From a virus (Duplodnaviria > Caudoviricetes), in IMG/VR virus record IMGVR_UViG_3300017716_001697, positions 1-64,000 of that record: a DNA stretch of 64,000 nucleotides; one strand, 5' to 3'. Shown here piece after piece: positions 56,558 through 64,000 of the stretch (positions are counted from its first letter, which is position 1; every line of letters starts with the position of its first letter). The notes under the pieces were generated by a model. The model was not told the origin of the DNA. It searched no databases and worked only from the letters and a program-made list of their open reading frames with translations. The position numbers and the translations under genes were made by a program.

Positions 56558-56582
56558 AAAAGGGCCCGAAGGCCCTTTTATT
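56558..56582. terminator. Bidirectional terminator
   Basis: AAAAGGGCC-CGAA-GGCCCTTTT between convergent genes. Confidence 0.8.
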
Positions 56583-56596
56583 TTGACTAAAATTTA

Positions 56597-56983
56597 TTAG
56601 GCAAGGTTTAGGTCAGCCTGACCAGCAGCATCTGCAGGTTGTGTCGACCAGCTATAACTGTTTACAGTACCATTTTCGTAGATATCTACGCGATATTGTG
56701 CAATCTTCTTGCATGGTAGTGCTGCACCACCAAACGGTGTTGCAGTAATGAAACACTGTCCTGGCAATAATCCACCCAATGCTGTTGCATTAACCATGAA
56801 CACGATTTCTGGATCATGTGTCATTGCTGTATCTTGCACAACATATGCGTCTGAACCTGTTTGCTTAACAATGTATGCATTGGTGGCTGTGAATCCATCT
56901 GCAAATACAACACCATCAACCACAATTTGATTTCCTGCTGTGGAAGCAAGACCGAACCACTTTTTCTGAATTGGTTTACCCAT
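56597..56983 (-). CDS. Putative virion structural protein
   Basis: MGKPIQKKWFG...YIVKQTGS...; GGAG RBS. Confidence 0.6.
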   Translation of the reverse strand: MGKPIQKKWFGLASTAGNQIVVDGVVFADGFTATNAYIVKQTGSDAYVVQDTAMTHDPEIVFMVNATALGGLLPGQCFITATPFGGAALPCKKIAQYRVDIYENGTVNSYSWSTQPADAAGQADLNLA

Positions 56984-57135
56984 TTTAATTCTCCTTAATG
57001 AATAGTTACTCCACTTTCGTGGGATCTACGTTATCCAATAAGGAACTTTTCCTTATTGTGTTTTATTTAGCCATTTGACTCTTTATAAGGACTATAGCAT
57101 AATAGACATATTACTTACACAGAGAAAGAGAACAC

Positions 57136-59295
57136 ATGAAATTAGATGTAGCAGTAAACGAGATTGTATTGTCAAATGTTAAATCGACGGGCGAATTTAA
57201 GATCCGCAATTCGGCTAAAGCCTTTTCGATTCTTAGTTCGGGCCTGTACAGTAACAAAATTAAAGCTATCATCCGTGAATTGTCGTGCAACGCGGTAGAT
57301 TCGCATGTAGCAGCAGGTAACACATCCAAACCGTTTGATGTGCATCTCCCGTCAATGCTTGAGCCTTGGTTTAGTGTACGCGACTACGGCACTGGCCTCA
57401 ACGATGATCAGGTAACAAACATCTACACAACATATTTTGAATCTACTAAGACAGATTCGAATGACTTTATCGGTGCACTAGGATTGGGATCTAAGTCTCC
57501 GTTTAGTTATACTGAGAATTTTACAGTTACGGCCATTAAGGATGGCATGCAACGCATCTATAGTGCATTCATTAATGAAATGGGTGTACCTAGTATTGCA
57601 GAGATGAGCACCGAACTAACCGACGAACCTAATGGTGTTGAAGTCAAGTTTAGTGTAACTGAGCGATATGATTACAACAGTTTTAGACACGAAGCAGCCG
57701 AAGTATTCAAATGGTTTAAGAGTAAGCCTAATGTTACCGGCGTAAGCTTTACACACGAAAAGCCAACATACAAAGAAGAAAATATCGTACAGGGCGTGCA
57801 TTTACAATCGGACAATGTACGTAATTCTACTGCGTTGATGGGTAATATCGCATATCCACTTAGTAATATCTCTGAACCACAAAAACATTTTGGTGACCTT
57901 GCTAGTCTTCTTGATTGCGGCCTAGTTATTGAATTTAGCATCGGGGATCTGGATTTTGCCGCATCACGTGAAGTGCTTAGTTTTGTACCAATCACAATTA
58001 ATAGCATTAAACGTAAATTGGAAGAACTTAATGCTAATCTAGTAACTCATTTTGCAGCAAAGGCTAATGTGATTACCTGTGAATGGGCTCGTGCAGATTT
58101 TCTGTACACCGAAGCACAGTCTGCATTGTATAAGTCCGCAGTGAGAAAATATGTGATTGATACAAAGTTTCCACTATTTGATGCGACAGCATATTATGGA
58201 AAGAAGACATTCGAACTGCTTGGTCCAGATCTAGACGCAGTAGGATTATCAATCCAGGGTTTTCAGACGAATAATAATTCGTTCCGTGGTAAGATTGGGC
58301 AAGGGTGGGCTAAACAAGTTAACGCCACCGGCCAACATATTCCTACAGTAAATATTCCTGTCGATACATCTGTTGTATTTGTGTTGAACGATTTGAAGAC
58401 TGGCTGTACTGCTCGAGCAAGATATCATTATGTGAATTGCAATAGACAACAGGTGAGCGTCTATTGTGTATCTCATTCTAGTGACGACCTTTCTGTACGT
58501 CAAGCCGCATATGATGTGTTAATGAAGGACCTGCACAATCCACCTACTATTGTAAAAGCAAGTACATTAGAAAAGCGTGAGGTTGTAAAGCGTACACCAT
58601 TGTCTAATGTAGGTATTGCGGTGCTTGTGCCGAAGGTGGCCAGAACATCGGGCTATAGCTATAGATATCACAACGCCTCGACTGATTATAAATGGGAACC
58701 ACATCAAGACACGCTAGATGATAAGACGCTTTATTATTATGTCTGTCTAAATGGTCATCAACCAGAGCATCTTGATGGTACACATTTTAATGTCCTGGCG
58801 TTAAGATCGTTAATGGATAATTGTGGTCTTGCAAATATCAAGGATATTCAAATCTTCGGTGTACGTAAGACTCGTATCAAAGAACTTAAGGACCGTAAGA
58901 ATTGGATCTGGATTGAGGACAAGCTCAAGGAAGAAACTGCAAAGGTGTCCGACACCGACATTATTTCGTTGGTTGCATACGATGAGCTTGACCATTATAC
59001 TTATAAAGCGTATACTAGCGAATCAGTTGCAAAACTTGCAGGTAAGACATCGGATTATGCAAAGTTTGTTAAAGAATATGGCGCTGTTGCACGCTCTACA
59101 GGTAATGTTGCAGAATTAACTACATTATGTGGAAACTATGGCAAATCTGTGCAGGTTACAGACGTTAAGAAGAAAATTACTACAGCGAGAAATTTGGTAG
59201 TTGCCAAATATCCGCTAATACAGCATTGCTCGGGCGCGGGCGAGAAACTGGTGGCAGACTACGTGAAATTAATTGACATACAGGAGACAATTTAA
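57136..59295 (+). CDS. rIIA: rIIA-like protein (GHKL ATPase N-terminus)
   Basis: LYSNKIKAIIRELSCNAVDSH; RDYGTGL; GALGLGSKSPF. Confidence 0.88.
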   Translation: MKLDVAVNEIVLSNVKSTGEFKIRNSAKAFSILSSGLYSNKIKAIIRELSCNAVDSHVAAGNTSKPFDVHLPSMLEPWFSVRDYGTGLNDDQVTNIYTTYFESTKTDSNDFIGALGLGSKSPFSYTENFTVTAIKDGMQRIYSAFINEMGVPSIAEMSTELTDEPNGVEVKFSVTERYDYNSFRHEAAEVFKWFKSKPNVTGVSFTHEKPTYKEENIVQGVHLQSDNVRNSTALMGNIAYPLSNISEPQKHFGDLASLLDCGLVIEFSIGDLDFAASREVLSFVPITINSIKRKLEELNANLVTHFAAKANVITCEWARADFLYTEAQSALYKSAVRKYVIDTKFPLFDATAYYGKKTFELLGPDLDAVGLSIQGFQTNNNSFRGKIGQGWAKQVNATGQHIPTVNIPVDTSVVFVLNDLKTGCTARARYHYVNCNRQQVSVYCVSHSSDDLSVRQAAYDVLMKDLHNPPTIVKASTLEKREVVKRTPLSNVGIAVLVPKVARTSGYSYRYHNASTDYKWEPHQDTLDDKTLYYYVCLNGHQPEHLDGTHFNVLALRSLMDNCGLANIKDIQIFGVRKTRIKELKDRKNWIWIEDKLKEETAKVSDTDIISLVAYDELDHYTYKAYTSESVAKLAGKTSDYAKFVKEYGAVARSTGNVAELTTLCGNYGKSVQVTDVKKKITTARNLVVAKYPLIQHCSGAGEKLVADYVKLIDIQETI

Positions 59296-60383
59296 TGAGT
59301 AAGAGTAAAGCAGTCCCTTTCCTACTTCAGGGAAAGAACATTATTTTGGTAATTGACAGTAAGTCGCATACCATCTCGAAAGACACCCATATGAACTATG
59401 GTAAGATTGTCGACGCGCTAAAGGCAAAAGACTGGGATGCATTGCGCGACTTAGTCGAGCCAAAGAAGGCAATTATCAATTTCGGCAAGGGATATGTTAC
59501 TATCGTTGATGGTAAGGTATATTGGAAAGGCCAGCCATTTAGTAACGGCCTGTCTGATCGTATGATTTCTATGTATCAGGATGGTTTCCCGATTGACCCA
59601 ATGATCCGTTTGATGGAAAATTTAATGCAGAATCCATCTAAGCGGTCTGTGGCACAATTCTATGGTTTTGTGGAAAAGAATAGTTTGCCAATTACCGAAG
59701 ATGGTCACATTCTTGCATTCAAGAAAGTGCGTAAAGATTATATGGATATCCATAGTGGCACTATCAGCAATCGCATCGGCGAAGTGATTGAAATGGATCG
59801 CAATCTTGTGGATGACAATCCGGATTCGCATTGCTCGTCCGGCCTGCATTTCTGTAGCGAATCGTATCTGGATAACTTCGGTAATTCCACCGATCCTGTT
59901 ATGATTATGAAAATTAATCCAGCAGACGTCGTTAGTATTCCTACTGATTACAATGGTGCAAAAGGCCGTTGCTGCAAATATGAAGTGGTAGCAGAAGTTA
60001 ATGGTGATCCAAAGGCAGCATTTGCATCCATTGTTGATGACACTTATGCCGTGCCTAAGGCAAAGATGGCACCTGCTAAGTCATGGGGTGATGCACTTGT
60101 TAAGCCAAAGGCAGTTGCAGCTAAGAAAGTTGCAACACCTGCAGCACCTAAGTTGGCACCACAGTCTGTCTGGCCTTTCCCACACGCTAAGGCATCGGCT
60201 GCAACCGCTGTCTGGCCAAGTAATAATGCTGGTGCAGATTACGATGTGTTGCGTAAGTCAACTGGTGAACTGATGTTCAGTGATCTGACATTGACCGAAG
60301 CTAATGCAAAGGTTGCAGCAGCAGTTCGTCAGAAGAAGGCAGTACTGATTGTAGTGCATACAGGAACAGACGAAGAAGTCTAA
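59295..60383 (+). CDS. rIIB: rIIB-like protein
   Basis: LPITEDG.ILAFK; CSSGLH; KINPADVVSIP.DY...GRCCKYEV. Confidence 0.88.
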   Translation: MSKSKAVPFLLQGKNIILVIDSKSHTISKDTHMNYGKIVDALKAKDWDALRDLVEPKKAIINFGKGYVTIVDGKVYWKGQPFSNGLSDRMISMYQDGFPIDPMIRLMENLMQNPSKRSVAQFYGFVEKNSLPITEDGHILAFKKVRKDYMDIHSGTISNRIGEVIEMDRNLVDDNPDSHCSSGLHFCSESYLDNFGNSTDPVMIMKINPADVVSIPTDYNGAKGRCCKYEVVAEVNGDPKAAFASIVDDTYAVPKAKMAPAKSWGDALVKPKAVAAKKVATPAAPKLAPQSVWPFPHAKASAATAVWPSNNAGADYDVLRKSTGELMFSDLTLTEANAKVAAAVRQKKAVLIVVHTGTDEEV

Positions 60384-60418
60384 TAAATAAGTGGGCATAG
60401 CGCCCACTTATTTTACAC

Positions 60419-60811
60419 ATGCGTAGAATAGTACTCTTATTATTGTTAATATCTTCTTGCAACATATCTGCTAGAACCGCAGACCACGAAATTGAATACG
60501 TAATGACATCATTACAGATTCATCGGTTATTTGTTGTGGATCAGAATATCATTACAACAGGTCTGTTTGATATAGTAGATAAAGAAGCAAAGACGGAAGT
60601 ATGTATTAACGATTATGTGAAGAAGCAATCGAAATCATATCTAAGAACGGCACAGGGCAATTTATTTGATTTAATGAATAATTTCGATACTGTTGTGTCT
60701 AAATTGTATGGTAAGAAAATATTAGCCAACGATATTCCGTATGAAGAGAAGGTAGAGGCATTGGCAAGAGTACAATGTGATGCGTATTACAAGATGGGTG
60801 TTTTGAGATAG
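60419..60811 (+). CDS. Hypothetical exported protein
   Basis: Hydrophobic N-terminus. Confidence 0.55.
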   Translation: MRRIVLLLLLISSCNISARTADHEIEYVMTSLQIHRLFVVDQNIITTGLFDIVDKEAKTEVCINDYVKKQSKSYLRTAQGNLFDLMNNFDTVVSKLYGKKILANDIPYEEKVEALARVQCDAYYKMGVLR

Positions 60812-61052
60812 TTTTAATGTGTGGCGTGGTGGCGCCGGTTGTGTACCTACAGTGAGTAAGTAGAGCCTATGTATAAACTGCCGTTAACGGCAAACATGCT
60901 TCTATGATGTGCGGAGCAGCACTTTTTCCTACCAAGAAAAATGTAACTGCGGTGGATCCTAATGTAGGACGGGGAATTTAGGTGGGGAACCTGAATACAC
61001 ATATAGCAGCGGTGCAGAAATTCACCGCTGCTTTTTTACGAACAAGGAAAAC

Positions 61053-61853
61053 ATGAGTATTGATATTGGTATAATCGGGAATGGATTTGTAGGTAAGGCA
61101 ATGCACGCAGCATTCCTGCATAATTCTATTGTTATCATTGATCCAAAATACACAGATAATACAGTGCATAATTTGGCAGAAAATACTGATGTAGTCTTTA
61201 TCTGCTTACCTGCACCTACATTAGATGACGGAAGTGTGGATTCAACCCTAATTAGTAATGTATTTAATGAATTAAAGGGTATAGAATTCTCGGGATTGGT
61301 TGTACTCAAGAGTACATTACCGCCAGATGTTGTTGATGGGCTAACTGCTTACAATTTGCGATATATCTATTCACCTGAATTTTTACGTGAACAACACTGG
61401 GAATACGATGCGTTGCACCCTGAGATGATTATGATGGCAGGTTCGGTAGACGATTGTTCGGAACTTATAGGCTATTACAAAGTTGAATCGCAGATATTGG
61501 GTAAATTGAATTTTAGATTTCTAGATTATAAAGATGCTGCTCTAATGAAATATGCTATTAACACATATCTTGCATCTAAGGTCGTGTTTATGAACCAGTT
61601 AAATCAATTATATAGAGATATGCATGATGTTCCGATGTCGCCAGCGGCATGGGAGACTTTTGCTAATTGTATGTCTTCTGATCCTCGTATAGGTGAAAGT
61701 CACATGCTTGTACCTGGATTAGATAATAAGTTTGGGTACGGCGGCACATGTTTTCCTAAAGATGTGAAGGCATTGTTAGGGTTTGATAAAAACAAACGAT
61801 TATCTGTTTTAACTGAGGTTGAATTAGCTAATACTAAATTGAGGTTATTATGA
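61053..61853 (+). CDS. UDP-glucose/GDP-mannose dehydrogenase family protein
   Basis: IGNGFVG; SPEFLRE; KYAIN; GYGGTCFPKD. Confidence 0.85.
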   Translation: MSIDIGIIGNGFVGKAMHAAFLHNSIVIIDPKYTDNTVHNLAENTDVVFICLPAPTLDDGSVDSTLISNVFNELKGIEFSGLVVLKSTLPPDVVDGLTAYNLRYIYSPEFLREQHWEYDALHPEMIMMAGSVDDCSELIGYYKVESQILGKLNFRFLDYKDAALMKYAINTYLASKVVFMNQLNQLYRDMHDVPMSPAAWETFANCMSSDPRIGESHMLVPGLDNKFGYGGTCFPKDVKALLGFDKNKRLSVLTEVELANTKLRLL

Positions 61854-62254
61854 AATATTTATTTTTAGATGATGTTAGGATGCCCGGTGATGTAACATGG
61901 ATTGCTATTGGAACCGGTAAGCCATTCCACGAATCGCGTGGTGCACCGTGGGCGATTGTTAGATCATTTGACGAAGCGGTCGCATGGGTGAAAGAACATG
62001 GCTTCCCTGAAGTGATTAGTTTTGATCACGATCTTGGCTACGAAGAATATGGTTTAGTCAACGGTATCGTCAAGATAGTGTACGAGAAGGAAGAAAAAAG
62101 TGGCTACGATTTTGCCAAATGGTTGATTGAGCACGACATGGATACAAACACAATGCCGGACAATTTCTCATTTACTGTGCATAGCATGAACCCGATTGGT
62201 ACAGTAAATATTAAAACGATACTAAATAATTATATACAACACAAGAGAGGATAA
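61850..62254 (+). CDS. Cyclic-phosphate-processing receiver-like domain protein
   Basis: LFLDDVR...ISFDHDLG...SGYDFAKWL...HSMNPIG. Confidence 0.75.
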   Translation: MKYLFLDDVRMPGDVTWIAIGTGKPFHESRGAPWAIVRSFDEAVAWVKEHGFPEVISFDHDLGYEEYGLVNGIVKIVYEKEEKSGYDFAKWLIEHDMDTNTMPDNFSFTVHSMNPIGTVNIKTILNNYIQHKRG

Positions 62255-62508
62255 TATGAGCGCAGGAATTTTAAGGAATATGTACAAACAGAAGGTTCGT
62301 AAATCAAAGACTATAGTTGAATATCTACTCAACCTACATGAATTTGCATTATACGAATTTAACCTGTTTAATTATAATAGGAAAAATCTTTCCTAACTGA
62401 TAAATAACATTAACAACTACCATAGGACCGTTGTGACTACTGTCGAAACGCAGGCGTCTGGGGCAAACAATTCGCTACTGTTTGCCCCTTTATTTATTTG
62501 GAGTATAT

Positions 62509-62691
62509 ATGCGTCTTTTTGAATTATTTGAAGCTAAGGCTAAAACAAAAGTACCATCTGCGACTCCACGAAATTTTGTTGCTAAAAACGCCAAATCAAG
62601 CGGATCTGGTCAACACAAAGATAAAAAGCGCGAAGCTAAATTAGGCAAAGCAAAGCACAAGAATACAGATTTAGACGAAGAAATCGTCTAA
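62509..62691 (+). CDS. Small basic late protein
   Basis: GGAG RBS; MRLFELFE start; RNFVAK...GQHKDKK. Confidence 0.65.
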   Translation: MRLFELFEAKAKTKVPSATPRNFVAKNAKSSGSGQHKDKKREAKLGKAKHKNTDLDEEIV

Positions 62692-62794
62692 CTTCCTAAT
62701 CATTATATAAATATCCTCTGAGCAACTATCCAAAATAGTTGCTCTTCTGTTTTAGTCTCAGCTAAAATAGTGTTTACATAACAAGGATAACAAA

Positions 62795-63952
62795 ATGGCA
62801 GAAAAGAAATTGTCAGGTGTATACGTAAGCTGGCCACGCCCTGACTTTACACTAACCGTAAAAACAAATAAGCAGTTCAGAAGAAACTTCCACGCTGCCA
62901 TGCTTTATGCACATTATGAACTATCTGCGGTTGAATTAAAGCGTGAAGTGATTAAATATCTAAAGGCAAAAGATCCTAAGCATCCACTTCTTGATCGTAT
63001 AAAAGATATGCACGAAAATAGATTTACCACAGTGGGTAAATATATGTACATATTAAACCATGCTGCTGATATCCCGGATGATATCATGGCAGGTTTAATG
63101 CCAGCACTAGAGAAGGTGATTAATGAAGAAGAGAGCAGGATTGCGTCAAACGAGAAAGAACTCGCTCACAGTAAAGCTGACGCTAATACAACATCTCAGC
63201 CAGTTGTTAAAGCGGTTATCTCAATCCAGGATCGTCTCAAAGATAAGGCACGCGAGATTGCCAACGAAGTGGAAGGGTGGGTAGATGACTTAACAGTTAA
63301 TAAATCGTTGCCAGTTAAGACAGTCGATGACTTCGTTAACCTATTTAAATCTAATGATCTTAAGGCGCAACACATGCGTTACATTCAAGAAATTTTTGCT
63401 CGTCGTGCAGCAGAGGCAGCAGAGGCACTAGAAGGTAAGGATAAAGATCTTGTTGAAGCATATTCTAACTTTACAAAACCGGAATTAAAGAAGTACGATG
63501 CGTTACACAGAAACCTATTCAAAGCATGCGGAATGATGCAAGAAGTTGCCAAGGTAGAACGCGCACCACGCAAGAAGAAACCTATAGCACTCGATAAGGT
63601 AGTGTCTAAATTAAAATTCAAGAAAGAAGACTCGGCATTGGGCATTGTTAGTTTAAACCCTGTGCACATTATTGGATCTAAGGAAGTGTGGGTGTACAAC
63701 ACAAAAACACGCAAGTTGTCGCAATACAAAGCAGCAGACGGCAATAGCTTGTCTGTTAAAGGTGCTAGCTTGTTGAATTATTCACCTGATTCCGCTGAAA
63801 AAACCTTGCGCAAGCCCGCAGAGGCGTTAGCAGACTTTAAGAAGGCAAGCAAAGTTAAACTCCGCACTTTTTTAAAGGAATTAACTACAGTAGATATTCC
63901 GTGCAGTGGTAAGTTAAACGAGCATCATGTTATCTTAAGGATCGATAAGTGA
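62795..63952 (+). CDS. Conserved hypothetical jumbo-phage protein
   Basis: 385-aa ORF, AAGGA RBS. Confidence 0.75.
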   Translation: MAEKKLSGVYVSWPRPDFTLTVKTNKQFRRNFHAAMLYAHYELSAVELKREVIKYLKAKDPKHPLLDRIKDMHENRFTTVGKYMYILNHAADIPDDIMAGLMPALEKVINEEESRIASNEKELAHSKADANTTSQPVVKAVISIQDRLKDKAREIANEVEGWVDDLTVNKSLPVKTVDDFVNLFKSNDLKAQHMRYIQEIFARRAAEAAEALEGKDKDLVEAYSNFTKPELKKYDALHRNLFKACGMMQEVAKVERAPRKKKPIALDKVVSKLKFKKEDSALGIVSLNPVHIIGSKEVWVYNTKTRKLSQYKAADGNSLSVKGASLLNYSPDSAEKTLRKPAEALADFKKASKVKLRTFLKELTTVDIPCSGKLNEHHVILRIDK

Positions 63953-64000
63953 GATTATTCTTAGATACAGAATTCACTGATCTAGTTCCGCATAATAAAT
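63949..64000 (+). CDS. 3'-5' exonuclease (DEDD) N-terminus, truncated by window
   Basis: GTG start; RLFLDTEFTDL. Confidence 0.6.
   Translation, partial: MRLFLDTEFTDLVPHNK

Overview
A 64-kb segment of a large (jumbo) tailed-phage genome, almost entirely on the + strand. The host is probably a proteobacterium (RpoZ homologue, sigma70 promoters, tmRNA tag ANADTFALVA). Layout: end of a tail-fibre module (1-2.6 kb); a tandem sigma70 promoter array and an attenuator-like leader; a dense tRNA/ncRNA array covering all 20 amino acids (3.8-15.7 kb); a late-expressed modification island with a desaturase, three B12-type radical SAM enzymes, 2OG-Fe oxygenases, PP-loop ATPases, GNATs and SGNH-like proteins (15.8-29.3 kb); spanins; a permuted two-piece tmRNA; and accessory genes interspersed with more tRNAs (denV, PpiC, QueC-like, two Pth2-like proteins, RNA ligase, BLUF, DUF2828/TROVE-like, rIIA/rIIB, UDP-sugar dehydrogenase). 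About 50 tRNA genes are present, including an amber suppressor. The most unusual signal is in the non-coding RNA. (1) A leader peptide containing all 20 amino acids is coupled to a terminator/antiterminator ahead of the tRNA array. (2) An RNase P RNA catalytic domain carries an Ala-type tRNA-like element where its specificity domain should be. (3) Eleven RNAs share a stem-TWCAGCA motif; some have YrlA-like permuted tRNA domains and five lie just upstream of a Ro60/TROVE-like gene. (4) Other tRNA-fragment mimics are present: anticodon-domain-only RNAs and a cross-pairing two-headed Ala acceptor. (5) An MQ-amber...PP-stop minigene sits near the amber suppressor. All structures were read by eye; no database search or folding program was run.
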